From Gemmatimonadota bacterium (lineage in GTDB: Bacteria; Gemmatimonadota; Gemmatimonadetes; Gemmatimonadales; GWC2-71-9): DNA of 54,161 bases. Position numbers and translations under genes: made by a program. This document shows, piece by piece, positions 37,095 to 46,595 of the stretch; positions within the stretch are counted from its first letter, which is position 1; every line of letters begins with the position of its first letter. The stretch covers positions 1 through 54,161 of the forward strand of contig QHUY01000007.1 in NCBI GenBank assembly GCA_003223415.1. The letters run 5' to 3'. The notes beneath the pieces were generated by a model. That model had not been told where the DNA came from and searched no databases. It saw only the letters and a list, made by a program, of their open reading frames with translations.

Positions 37095-37201
37095 CCCTTG
37101 TGCCGGGTTCGGCGGCGGCGCTACATTGCGTCGCCCGCAGCCGGTGTCGTACCGACATTAACAACCGATTTCACCGATTCGCCATCGAGGCCACCGCATT
37201 G

Positions 37202-37795
37202 ATGACGAACAGTGGGTGGCAGGCCGCCCTCGGGGTCGTGTGCGCAGGGGTTCTGGCTTCCTCCATTCCCGCGGCCGCGCAGAGCGGACAACCCGGGGGC
37301 GGAGGGGGCGGGGTCGGGGCGCCGTTCAAAGCCCCCGTCATCAGCGATACGGCGTCGCTCGGGGGCCCTCGCCAGCCGATCTTCTTCCGACACGACGTTC
37401 ACGCCGGGCAGGACAGAATCCCCTGCCTGTACTGCCACTACACCGTGGCGGTGTCGAGCGAGCCGGGGATCCCGGCGCTGCAGACCTGCATCGGCTGCCA
37501 TCAGATCATCGGTGGCTCCGCCCCGTCGCACCAGGTCGAGATCCAGAAAGTGCGCAAGGCCTGGAGCGACCGGCAGCCCCCCCAATGGATCCGCATCCAC
37601 GCGCTGCCCGGGTTTGTGCGCTTCCCGCACCAGCGACACATCAAGGTCCTCGGGACGAATGCGTGCGCGATGTGCCACGGGCAGGTGGACACGATGGCCC
37701 AGGTCTCTCAGGTCTCCACGCTCCGCATGGGGTGGTGCGTCAGCTGCCACGCGGAGCGCAAGGTGACCCAGGACTGCACGGTCTGTCACTACTAG
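37202..37795 (+). CDS. actA: Alternative complex III pentaheme cytochrome c
   Basis: Five CxxCH motifs (CLYCH, CIGCH, CAMCH, CVSCH, CTVCH), QPIFFxH, LRMGWC and terminal CHY. Confidence 0.88.
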   Translation: MTNSGWQAALGVVCAGVLASSIPAAAQSGQPGGGGGGVGAPFKAPVISDTASLGGPRQPIFFRHDVHAGQDRIPCLYCHYTVAVSSEPGIPALQTCIGCHQIIGGSAPSHQVEIQKVRKAWSDRQPPQWIRIHALPGFVRFPHQRHIKVLGTNACAMCHGQVDTMAQVSQVSTLRMGWCVSCHAERKVTQDCTVCHY

Positions 37796-37899
37796 TGCCG
37801 TTCCACCGTGTCTCGCCCAGCGAGCCAGAGCGCTCTCGCGAGACGTTGACCAGTGGGGGGGGGGAGCGAATCGACGTGGCGCAAAAAGTTGGAACGGCA
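37796..37899. mobile_element. MITE-like element, copy 2 (104 bp)
   Basis: TGCCGTTCCACC...GTTGGAACGGCA flanked by CTAG (37792-37795 and 37900-37903). Confidence 0.75.
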
Positions 37900-37916
37900 C
37901 TAGCGCGGAACGAGCC

Positions 37917-40913
37917 ATGAGCCACGGGATGAACCGGCGACGGTTCCTGAAAGTGCTCAGCGTGACGGGCGGGGGTGCGGCCGTCCTGTCGGGCTGCGGC
38001 ATCGGCCCCGAGCCGACCGAGAAGCTGATCCCGTACCTCATCGCGCCCGAGGACCAGATCCCCGGGACGCCCACCTGGTACAGCACCACCTGCCGCGAAT
38101 GCGCGGCGGGCTGCGGCCTGCACGCCAAGGTGCGCGAGGGCCGCGTGATCAAGCTCGAGGGCAACCCCGATTCGCCGATCAACCACGGGCGGTTGTGCGC
38201 CCGCGGCCAGGCCGGGCTGCAGGGGCTCTATAACCCCGACCGCATCGCGGGCCCGCTGGTCCGCAAGGCCCCAGGGCGCCTCGAGGAGACCACCTGGGAC
38301 TCGGGCGTCGCCCTGCTGGCCCAGAAGGTGGCCGAGGCGAAACGGAAGGGGATCGTCTTCGTCACCGGGCACGAGACCGGCGCGTTCGGCGAGCTCGTGG
38401 ACGACTGGCTGAAGGCGGTGGGCGGCCGGCACGTCACCTACGAGCCGTTCGCCTTCGAGGCCCTGCGCGAGGGCAACCGCCTCGCCTTCGGAACAAGCGC
38501 CGTTCCGTTCTACGATTTCGCGAGCGCGAGGTACATCCTCTCGTTCGGCGCCGACTTCATGGAGACCTGGCTCTCCCCGGTCGGCTTCCAGAACGGCTTC
38601 TCCCGCGCCCACGGGTTCGAGGCGGGGCGCGATGCGGCGATGGCGAAATTCGTCTCCGTGGCCCCGCGGATGTCGCTCACCGGCATGAGCGCCGATGAGT
38701 GGATCGCGGTGGCCCCGGGCACGGAAGGAGTGCTGGCGCTCGCCATGGCCCACGTGATCGTGAGCGGCAGGCTCGCTCGCGTGCCGGGCGAGATGGGGCT
38801 GGCAGCCCGGCTGGCGAACAACCTTGCCGCCTACGCACCGGAGAATGTGGCCCGGACGACCGGGGTCGGAGCCCACGTAGTGGAGCGCCTGGCCCGCGAA
38901 TTCGCGGCGTCCGGCGCCGGGCTCGCCGTCGCGGGTGGCATGGCGACGCACTATCCGAACGGCGCGGAGATCGTCGCCGCGGTGAACGTCCTCAATTTCG
39001 TCGCCGGCGCCGTCGGCAAGACCGTGAAGTTCGGTCCCGACCTCGCGGTGGACGCCGGGTCGTTCCGCGACGCGGCGGCGCTGCAGGCCGACTTGGCCGC
39101 CGGCACGGTGGCGCTGCTGCTCGTCCATGGCGCCAATCCGGTCTACTCCCTGGGAGGGTTCGCTCAGGCGTTGGGCAAGGTCGCCTTCACGGTGTCCTTC
39201 TCCTCCTACCTGGACGAAACGGCGAGCGCGGCCGACTTGGTGCTCCCCGACTTGCACCCGCTCGAGCAGTGGAACGACGCCCGGCCTCGCACGGGGGTCT
39301 ACGCGCTGCAGCAGCCGGTGATGCAGCCCGTCTTCCCCAACACGATGCACACAGGCGACGTGCTGCTGCGCGCGTCGGGCAAACCCGGCACGTTCCGAGA
39401 TTACCTGCAGGGGAAGTGGCGCGTGCTGCACCAACGCCACGGCAGAGGGAAGAGCTTCGAGCAATGGTGGATGGAAGCGGTGCAGCACGGCGGGATCTAC
39501 GACGAGGTTCCGACCCGCACGGTCCGTCTGAGCCCGAGCGCGATCCCTCCGGGACTCGCGGCGACCCGGCGTGGCGATGATCGCTATCCACTGACCGTCT
39601 TCCCGCACCCCGCGCTGCACGACGGCCGCGGCGCCAACAAGCCGTGGCTGCAGGAGCTCCCCGACCCGGTCTCGAAGATCAGCTGGCACGGCTGGGTGGA
39701 AGTCAACCCCGAGACGGCGGGGAAGTGGCAGGTGGCGAGCGGCGACATCGTCCTGCTGACGTCGCCGTACGGGGCGATGCGGGCGCCCGTGTGGATCACG
39801 CCCTCCGTCATGCCGGGCGTCCTCGCCGTCCCGACCGGCCAGGGGCACACCGCCTACGGCCGTTACGCTCGCGACCGCTCCTTCAACGCGTTTCAACTGC
39901 TCGGCGACTCGCCCGCCGCGTATGGCGGCCGGGAATTCCTGGTCAGCGTGACGGTCGCCAAGACCGGCGACCACCGCCGGCTCGCGACCGCCGAGGGCAA
40001 CGCGCGCGAGCAGGGTGAGGGGATCATCGAAGCCCTGCCGCTCGCGAAGGCGCGGCAGCTCCGGGCCGGGCAGCATCCGTTCGAAGAGAAGCAGATCCCC
40101 GACTACGCCGAGGCGGCCCGGGAGGGCTGGGCCGAGGCGCAGCACGAGAAGGCGTCGCTCGGCAATTACGCGGGGGCTCACCCGCGCTGGGCGATGGCCA
40201 TCGACCTCGCCAAGTGCACCGGCTGCTCGGCGTGCGTGACGGCCTGCTACGCCGAAAACAACCTCGCCACGGTGGGCGAAGAGTTGATAACGCGGCACCG
40301 CGAGATGAGTTGGATGCGGATCGAGCGCTACTTCACGGGCGGAGAGCGCGGCGTGCCGGTCGGCGCCGTCGTCACACCGATGCTGTGCCAGCAGTGCGGC
40401 AACGCGCCGTGCGAGCCGGTCTGCCCGGTGTACGCCGCCTACCACACGCCTGACGGGCTCAACGGGCAGGTCTACAACCGCTGCATCGGCACGCGCTACT
40501 GCTCCAACAACTGTCCGTACAAAGTCCGCTACTTCAACTGGTTCAACTACGCGGAGCCGGGCGGGGAGTGGGAGAGCTGGCCCGAGCCGCTCCAGCTGCT
40601 GCTCAACCCCGACGTGACGGTGCGCGAGAAGGGTGTGATGGAGAAGTGCACCTTCTGTGTGCAGCGCATCCGCGCGGCGCAGAACCAGGCCCGGCTCGAG
40701 GACCGGGCGGTGCACGACGGCGACATCGTCCCCGCCTGTGCCCAGTCCTGCCCGTCCGAGGCGATCGTCTTCGGCGACCTGAACGACCCGCGCTCCCGCG
40801 TCCACGCGCTGGCCGAAGACCCGCGCGGCTACCACGTGCTGGCCGGGCTCAACACCAAGCCGGGGATCACCTACCTGGCCAAGGTGACGGCCGGTCCCGG
40901 GGCGGAGGCCTGA
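37917..40913 (+). CDS. actB: Alternative complex III molybdopterin-oxidoreductase-like/Fe-S fusion subunit
   Basis: Tat motif NRRRFLK followed by LSGC; C-terminal CTGCSACVTAC, CQQCGNAPC, CIGTRYCSNNCPY and CTFC...CAQSCP. Confidence 0.9.
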   Translation: MSHGMNRRRFLKVLSVTGGGAAVLSGCGIGPEPTEKLIPYLIAPEDQIPGTPTWYSTTCRECAAGCGLHAKVREGRVIKLEGNPDSPINHGRLCARGQAGLQGLYNPDRIAGPLVRKAPGRLEETTWDSGVALLAQKVAEAKRKGIVFVTGHETGAFGELVDDWLKAVGGRHVTYEPFAFEALREGNRLAFGTSAVPFYDFASARYILSFGADFMETWLSPVGFQNGFSRAHGFEAGRDAAMAKFVSVAPRMSLTGMSADEWIAVAPGTEGVLALAMAHVIVSGRLARVPGEMGLAARLANNLAAYAPENVARTTGVGAHVVERLAREFAASGAGLAVAGGMATHYPNGAEIVAAVNVLNFVAGAVGKTVKFGPDLAVDAGSFRDAAALQADLAAGTVALLLVHGANPVYSLGGFAQALGKVAFTVSFSSYLDETASAADLVLPDLHPLEQWNDARPRTGVYALQQPVMQPVFPNTMHTGDVLLRASGKPGTFRDYLQGKWRVLHQRHGRGKSFEQWWMEAVQHGGIYDEVPTRTVRLSPSAIPPGLAATRRGDDRYPLTVFPHPALHDGRGANKPWLQELPDPVSKISWHGWVEVNPETAGKWQVASGDIVLLTSPYGAMRAPVWITPSVMPGVLAVPTGQGHTAYGRYARDRSFNAFQLLGDSPAAYGGREFLVSVTVAKTGDHRRLATAEGNAREQGEGIIEALPLAKARQLRAGQHPFEEKQIPDYAEAAREGWAEAQHEKASLGNYAGAHPRWAMAIDLAKCTGCSACVTACYAENNLATVGEELITRHREMSWMRIERYFTGGERGVPVGAVVTPMLCQQCGNAPCEPVCPVYAAYHTPDGLNGQVYNRCIGTRYCSNNCPYKVRYFNWFNYAEPGGEWESWPEPLQLLLNPDVTVREKGVMEKCTFCVQRIRAAQNQARLEDRAVHDGDIVPACAQSCPSEAIVFGDLNDPRSRVHALAEDPRGYHVLAGLNTKPGITYLAKVTAGPGAEA

Positions 40914-42298
40914 TGGCGCAAACGACCGCGCCCCCTCCCCCCCCCTCCCCCACCCAGGCCCCTGCGACCCGGCTCACTTACGACTTCGTCACGCGCGCCA
41001 TCGCGCAGACGCTCGGCCACCCCGGGAAGGGCTACTTCGCGCTCCTCGGCAGCGCGGTGACGCTGCTGGCGATCGGGATCATCTGCCTCCTCTTTCTGCT
41101 GCGCTACGGTCTGGGCCTCGCGGGCTACTCGCACCCCGTTTACTGGGCCGTCTACATCACCTGCTTCGTGTTCTGGGTGGGCATCGCCCATTCGGGCACG
41201 CTGATCTCCGCGATCCTGTTCCTGTTCCGCTCGGGGTGGCGCACCGCGATCTACCGCACCGCCGAGGCGATGACGGTGTTCGCGGTGATGACGGCGGCGT
41301 TGTTCCCGCTCATCCACATCGGCCGTCAGTGGTACTTCTACTGGACTCTGCCGTACCCCAACGAGCGCGGCCTGTGGCCCAACTTCAAGTCGCCGCTCAT
41401 CTGGGACGAGTTCGCGATCGGGACGTACTTCACCGTCTCGACCGTGTTCCTCATCATGGGACTGATTCCGGACATCGCCGCGGTGCGGGATGTCGTCACC
41501 GGGTGGCGCCGCAGGCTCTACAGCCTCACCGCCCTCGGCTGGCGGGGCACGAACGAGCAGTGGCGCCACTACACGCGCGGCTATCTCTACCTCGCCGCCC
41601 TCGCCACCCCCCTCGTCCTCTCGGTGCACAGCGTGGTGTCCTGGGACTTCGCGATGGCGATCGTGCCGGGGTGGCACGCCACGCTGTTCGCGCCCTATTT
41701 CGTGGCCGGGGCCATCTACTCCGGCGTGGCGATGGTGATCACGCTGCTGGTGCCGATCCGCAAGCTGTTCCACCTGGAAGACATCATCACCGTCCACCAC
41801 TTCGAGAACCTGGCCAAGCTGTGCCTGCTCACGGGCATGATCGTGAGCTACTCGTACGTCACGGAGAACTTCGTCGCCTGGTTCAGCGGCAATCCGCACG
41901 AGCGCGCGGCGTTCTGGTATCGCGCGTTCGGCCCGTTCTGGTGGGCGAGCTGGACCATGAACATCTGCAACGGGATCCTCCCCTGGCTGTTGTGGGTCAA
42001 GAGGGTGCGCACCAACATCGTGGCGCTGTTCGTGATCTCGATCTTCGTGAACATCGGCATGTGGTTCGAGCGCTTCGTCATCATCGCCGTGTCGCTGGCG
42101 GGCGAGCCGTTCGAGCGCTGGTCCAACGCGGGCTACAACCCGACTTGGGCCGACTGGGGCATCATGGCCGGCAGCTTCGGCTGGTTCTTCATGTGGTTTC
42201 TGCTGTTCGCCAAGAATTTCCCGGCCGTCTCGATCTCTGAGGTGAAGGAAGTGCTGGCGCCGCCGCGGCGGGGACGGGGGAGGGGGGGGGCCGCGTGA
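40913..42298 (+). CDS. actC: Alternative complex III NrfD/PsrC-family quinol-binding subunit
   Basis: FVFWVGIAHSGTLISA, AEAMT, HIGR, SPLIWD, LSVHSVVSWDF and GMWFERF motifs. Confidence 0.92.
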   Translation: MAQTTAPPPPPSPTQAPATRLTYDFVTRAIAQTLGHPGKGYFALLGSAVTLLAIGIICLLFLLRYGLGLAGYSHPVYWAVYITCFVFWVGIAHSGTLISAILFLFRSGWRTAIYRTAEAMTVFAVMTAALFPLIHIGRQWYFYWTLPYPNERGLWPNFKSPLIWDEFAIGTYFTVSTVFLIMGLIPDIAAVRDVVTGWRRRLYSLTALGWRGTNEQWRHYTRGYLYLAALATPLVLSVHSVVSWDFAMAIVPGWHATLFAPYFVAGAIYSGVAMVITLLVPIRKLFHLEDIITVHHFENLAKLCLLTGMIVSYSYVTENFVAWFSGNPHERAAFWYRAFGPFWWASWTMNICNGILPWLLWVKRVRTNIVALFVISIFVNIGMWFERFVIIAVSLAGEPFERWSNAGYNPTWADWGIMAGSFGWFFMWFLLFAKNFPAVSISEVKEVLAPPRRGRGRGGAA

Positions 42299-42849
42299 CC
42301 GCCCTGAACCCCGTCGCCGTCCTCAAGGGCATTTTCCACCCCCCGCCGACGCCCGGGGTGCTGGGCGTGTTCGCGCACCTCGACGCCACGGTGGAGGCCA
42401 TCGGCCGGCTCAAGGCGGGTGGCTACCAGGACTGCACCGTCTACTCGCCGATCCCCCGTCACGAGCTCGAGGACGCGCTGGCTCAGCGGGTGAGTCCCGT
42501 GCGGATGATCACCCTCATCGGCGGCATCGCCGGGTGCGCGATCGGGGCCTGGCTCACGCTCTACATGTCGTACGACTGGCCCATCGTCGTGGGCGGGAAA
42601 CCGGTCGGCTCGGTCCCGCCCTACGTGGTGATCATGTTCGAGATGACCATCCTGTTCGGCGCGCTCACGACGATTCTCGGGATCCTGTTCAATGCCCTCT
42701 TCGCGGCGCGCCGCCTCGGCACGGTGGCCTGGGACCCCCGCTTCACGAACGACAAGTTCGGGATCTTCGTGCCGTGCGAGCCGAAGGCCGCCGCCGCGGT
42801 AGAGCAGCTGCTCCGCGCCAGCGGGGCCGAGGAGGTGCGCCGTGCGTAG
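42295..42849 (+). CDS. actD: Alternative complex III DUF3341 subunit
   Basis: YSPIP, DWPIVVGGKP, FEMTILF and DPRFTNDKF motifs. Confidence 0.88.
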   Translation: MTALNPVAVLKGIFHPPPTPGVLGVFAHLDATVEAIGRLKAGGYQDCTVYSPIPRHELEDALAQRVSPVRMITLIGGIAGCAIGAWLTLYMSYDWPIVVGGKPVGSVPPYVVIMFEMTILFGALTTILGILFNALFAARRLGTVAWDPRFTNDKFGIFVPCEPKAAAAVEQLLRASGAEEVRRA

Positions 42850-43369
42850 CCTCCTGCTCTGCGGCCTCGGCGTCCTGGCGCTCGCCGCGTGCAACCCGGA
42901 CGACGTGGTGCACAAGGTCGGATGGTTCTCCACCATGCGCCACCAGCGCAGCGTGAAGCCGTACGCCCGGCCCATGGCGCCGGTCGACGGCACGGTGCCC
43001 GTGACCGGCGCCGAGCCGCCGGTGGACCTGAACACCGCCGACCGGCTGGTCAACGCCCGCACTCGCACGTCGGAGTCCCTGAATCACGGCCAGTTCCTGT
43101 ACGAGACCTACTGTCAGGTCTGCCACGGCGAGGGCGGCAAGGGTGACGGCCCAGTCTCCGCGCTCGCCGGCGGGGCGTTCCCCGCCGTCCGCAACCTCAC
43201 CGACGACGCCGCGCGCAAGCGCAGCGACGGCTACCTCTACGGGGTGATCGTGAACGCCCAGGCGATGGGCCGCGGGCTGATGCCGCACTACGGCGACAAG
43301 GTCCGCGGCTTGGACCGCTGGGACGTGGTGAACTACGTGCGGTCGCTGCAGCAGAAGGGGCGGCCGTGA
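42842..43369 (+). CDS. actE: Alternative complex III monoheme cytochrome c lipoprotein
   Basis: Lipobox LAAC, CQVCH, MP axial Met, DRWxVVNYVRSLQ. Confidence 0.88.
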   Translation: MRSLLLCGLGVLALAACNPDDVVHKVGWFSTMRHQRSVKPYARPMAPVDGTVPVTGAEPPVDLNTADRLVNARTRTSESLNHGQFLYETYCQVCHGEGGKGDGPVSALAGGAFPAVRNLTDDAARKRSDGYLYGVIVNAQAMGRGLMPHYGDKVRGLDRWDVVNYVRSLQQKGRP

Positions 43370-44577
43370 GCGCCGCGACCGCGGCGGTCCGCGGGCAGCT
43401 GGCCCAGAAGGCGCGCGCCTTCCCGGTTGGTGTCTACCGCGCCGGGGGCGGGGCGGCGCTGCTGCTCGGCGCGCTCGTGCTGCTGTGGGGCTTCGCGGGC
43501 GGGCACGAGGCGCGGGTGTGGCAAGCGTGGCACTTCAACCTGCTGTTCTGGATGGGGCTCGCGCAGGCGAGCGTGATCTTCGCGGCGACGCAGAAGCTTG
43601 CCAAGGGTCATTGGTCCGGGCTCGTCATCCGGTTCGCCGAGGCGGCGGTGGCGTTCACGCCCGTCGCCCTGGTGCTGTTCCTCGCCGAGTACCTGGGGCG
43701 CGGCCATATCTACTCCTGGATCCACGAGCCGCGGCCCGACGTGGGCGGGTGGCTCGCGCCCCGGTGGTTCTTCGTCCGCGACGGTGCGATCATCGCGCTG
43801 CAGTCGTGGCTCGCCTGGCGGTTCGTGCGGCGCGACCTCGCTCCCGACGTCGCGGAGCTGGCGAGCGGCACGCCGGCCGAGCGCACCGAGGACAAGGATC
43901 GCATCAGCCGCGACGCCGCGATCTTCCTCGTCGTCTGGGCCTTCGGCGCGTCGCTGCTTGGCTTCGACCTCGTGATGTCCCTCGCCCACAAATGGGTGAG
44001 CAACCTGTACGGCGCGTTCTACTTCATGGGCAGCTTCCTCGCCGCCCTGATGGCCCTCGCCGTGACGGCCATCGCGCTGCGCCGACCCATGGGGCTGGGC
44101 GATCTCTATTCCTCGAAACAGCAGCACGACCTCGGCAAGCTGTGCTTCGGGTTCACGGTGTTCTGGGCCTACCTGATGTGGGCGCAGTTCCTGGTGATCT
44201 GGTACGGCAACCTGCCGGAGGAGACGTACTTCATCTTCTACCGGTTGTGGGGTCCGTGGAGGCCGGTCGGGGTGGCGGTCTTCTTCCTGGTGTTCCTGAT
44301 CCCCTTCATCGGGCTGCTCGGCGTGAAGCCGAAGACGTTCAACCCCACCATGCTGGCCTTCGCGCTGACGAGCCTGGTGGGCGTCTGGCTGGAGCGCTAC
44401 CTCGAGGTCGTGCCGTCCATCAACGGCGGGGCGGGGCCGGCGATCGGCATCCCCGAGGTCGGCGTCACCTGCTTCTTCGGCGGGCTGTATCTGCTGGCGA
44501 TCGCGTGGTTCGCCGGCCGGTATCCGATGCTCTCGCCGCGCCTCGCGGCTGACACCCTGGAGCGCGAGCACCATTAG
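43366..44577 (+). CDS. actF: Alternative complex III second NrfD-like membrane subunit
   Basis: DLVMSL, HDLGK and QFLVIWYGNLPEE motifs. Confidence 0.88.
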   Translation: MSAATAAVRGQLAQKARAFPVGVYRAGGGAALLLGALVLLWGFAGGHEARVWQAWHFNLLFWMGLAQASVIFAATQKLAKGHWSGLVIRFAEAAVAFTPVALVLFLAEYLGRGHIYSWIHEPRPDVGGWLAPRWFFVRDGAIIALQSWLAWRFVRRDLAPDVAELASGTPAERTEDKDRISRDAAIFLVVWAFGASLLGFDLVMSLAHKWVSNLYGAFYFMGSFLAALMALAVTAIALRRPMGLGDLYSSKQQHDLGKLCFGFTVFWAYLMWAQFLVIWYGNLPEETYFIFYRLWGPWRPVGVAVFFLVFLIPFIGLLGVKPKTFNPTMLAFALTSLVGVWLERYLEVVPSINGGAGPAIGIPEVGVTCFFGGLYLLAIAWFAGRYPMLSPRLAADTLEREHH

Positions 44578-44634
44578 CCGCTCCCGGTGTTCGCGGTATA
44601 GATTCGCACCAGGCCTTCTTCCCGCGGGGGTGAC

Positions 44635-45021
44635 ATGCGACTGATCTGTCTGCTGCTGGGAGCGGCGCTGATGGTGGGGCTGGCCTGCAAGAGCACGCCG
44701 AGCGGGAACGGCAGCGGCTGCAAGTCCACCGCGGCCTCGCAGACGATCGAGGCCGGCGATAACCTCACGTTCACTCCTGCCAGTGCGACCATTTCGCGAG
44801 GGCAGAAGGTGTGTTGGGAGAATCTTGGCAATACCTTCCACACCGTGACAGCCCTCATCACAGTCACGAAGGGGACAACGGTCGATACACTCTGGAACAT
44901 TGACGCGCAGCTGAATCCTGACTTGGTGGTGCTCGCCGTGTTCGACACAACGGGGGACTTTCCCTATCATTGTCGCTTCCATTCGGGGAGCGGCATGACC
45001 GGCATCATCCACGTGCGCTGA
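44635..45021 (+). CDS. Blue-copper (cupredoxin) lipoprotein 1
   Basis: Lipobox GLAC; HTV plus YHCRFHSGSGM give the type-1 Cu ligands His/Cys/His/Met. Confidence 0.82.
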   Translation: MRLICLLLGAALMVGLACKSTPSGNGSGCKSTAASQTIEAGDNLTFTPASATISRGQKVCWENLGNTFHTVTALITVTKGTTVDTLWNIDAQLNPDLVVLAVFDTTGDFPYHCRFHSGSGMTGIIHVR

Positions 45022-45056
45022 TTCGTCCCGACACCACATGAGTCGGTACAATGAGG

Positions 45057-45089
45057 AGAGGCCCCGGCAATCCGGCCGGGGCCCTCTTT
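45057..45089 (+). terminator. Intrinsic terminator-like hairpin
   Basis: GGCCCCGGC-AATCCG-GCCGGGGCC followed by CTCTTT. Confidence 0.55.
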
Positions 45090-45158
45090 GCGTCTATAGG
45101 GGTAAGACCGACACGCGGCTAATTCAGTCTCCCCCCTTTATACACGCCGGAGGTTTCT

Positions 45159-45521
45159 ATGCGGTTGACGCACCTGTGCGTAGCGGGAACGGTGACCCTG
45201 GTGGTTGCGGCAGTCACGGCCTGCAGCAATTCGACCTACGGCGGGGGCAGTGGCGGCTGCACCCCGACCGCGACGCAGGTCTGCATGATCAACACCGCAT
45301 ACTCTCCGACTCCGCTCACGGTGACCCATGGGACGACCGTGACGTGGATGAACGGGGATGGATTCGCCCACACCGTCACGAACGACGCCGGCTCCGGCGA
45401 GACATTCAACACCCAGGTCGGCGCCGGCGGGACCTTCACGCACCCGTTCAACACCGCGGGTACGTTCAACTACCACTGCAACATCCACAGTACCATGCAT
45501 GGGGCAATCGTCGTCAACTGA
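45159..45521 (+). CDS. Blue-copper (cupredoxin) lipoprotein 2
   Basis: GGAGG RBS; lipobox VTAC; AHTV plus YHCNIHSTM ligands. Confidence 0.85.
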   Translation: MRLTHLCVAGTVTLVVAAVTACSNSTYGGGSGGCTPTATQVCMINTAYSPTPLTVTHGTTVTWMNGDGFAHTVTNDAGSGETFNTQVGAGGTFTHPFNTAGTFNYHCNIHSTMHGAIVVN

Positions 45522-45602
45522 CGGGTGCGGGGAGCACGGGGCTCCCGGGGCGGATTGCGCTCCGGGAGTTTAGGTTTCCGGCATGAACGACCCCCTGGCC
45601 CG

Positions 45603-46595
45603 ATGAACCTGTGGCGTGCGGCGGCCGAGCTGGTGCGCGCCGGCGCCACCGGCGCGCTCGCCACGGTGGCGCGGACGGCGGGCTCCACGCCTGTCCCTGC
45701 CGGCACCAAGATGCTGGTCGGCGGTGAGGGCCGGCTGCACGGCACCGTGGGCGGCGGCTGCGTGGAGGCCGACGTCATCCAGGCGGCGCTCGACGCCCAG
45801 GCCGCGGGGGCGCCCGTCCTCGTCACCCATCATCTCAACGCCGACCTCGCCGGCGACCTCGGCCTCTCCTGCGGCGGCACGGTCGAGATCTTCGTCGAGC
45901 CGCTGGTCGCCGACCCACGCTACACGGGTGCTCTGGAGCAGGCTGGCGCGGCGGAGGAAGAGGCGGGTGGGATCGTCACGACGGCGGTCTCGTGGGCGGA
46001 CGGGCCCTTCAAGCGCTTCGAGCCCCTGGCGCCTGGCGCTTCCTCGGCGGGCGCGCCGGCCGCGCTCTCGCCGGACCGCCAGTTCGTGATCGAGCGCCTG
46101 ACGCTCGCGCCGCGGGTGGTGGTGTTCGGGGCGGGGCACGTCGGGACGGCGATCGCGCGCGCCGCGGACGCGGCGGGGTTCCGCGTCGTGGTCGTCGACG
46201 ACCGGCCGGAGTTCGCCGATCCAGGGCGGTTCCCGGACCGGATGGCGGTGTGGACGGCGACAGTCCAGGAAGCGGTGGCGCGGGCCGCGATCACCGCCGC
46301 CGATGCGATCGTGATCGCCACCCGGGGCCACCGCCACGATGCCGTCATCCTGGAGCGGGTCGCGGCGTCCCCGGCGGGCTACGTGGGACTGCTGGGCAGC
46401 CGGCGCAAACGGGCGGTCATCACCAAAGCCCTCAGCGCCGCGGGCGTCCCCGCCCAGTCACTCGCGCGGGTCCGCGTGCCGGTGGGGCTGGCGATCGGCG
46501 CCGTCACGCCGGAGGAAATCGCGGTGAGTGTCGTGGCGGAGTTGATCGCCTGGAGGCGGAACGGGGAAAGGGGAATGGGGAAGGGGGAAAGGTAA
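45603..46595 (+). CDS. xdhC: XdhC/CoxI-family molybdoenzyme maturation factor
   Basis: GSTP, GTVGGGCVE, CGGTVEIFVE, FGAGH, ATRGHxHD, GSRRK and TPEEIAVS motifs. Confidence 0.88.
   Translation: MNLWRAAAELVRAGATGALATVARTAGSTPVPAGTKMLVGGEGRLHGTVGGGCVEADVIQAALDAQAAGAPVLVTHHLNADLAGDLGLSCGGTVEIFVEPLVADPRYTGALEQAGAAEEEAGGIVTTAVSWADGPFKRFEPLAPGASSAGAPAALSPDRQFVIERLTLAPRVVVFGAGHVGTAIARAADAAGFRVVVVDDRPEFADPGRFPDRMAVWTATVQEAVARAAITAADAIVIATRGHRHDAVILERVAASPAGYVGLLGSRRKRAVITKALSAAGVPAQSLARVRVPVGLAIGAVTPEEIAVSVVAELIAWRRNGERGMGKGER

Noticed and set aside
37740-40835. 1031-aa antisense ORF and many other long overlapping ORFs
   Set aside because: These are shadows of real genes in high-GC DNA, with Arg/Pro/Ala-rich translations and no motifs.
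37917-40913. Stand-alone molybdoenzyme served by the nearby XdhC
   Set aside because: The gene sits within actA-F. XdhC matures xanthine-oxidase-family enzymes, not DMSO-reductase-family ones.
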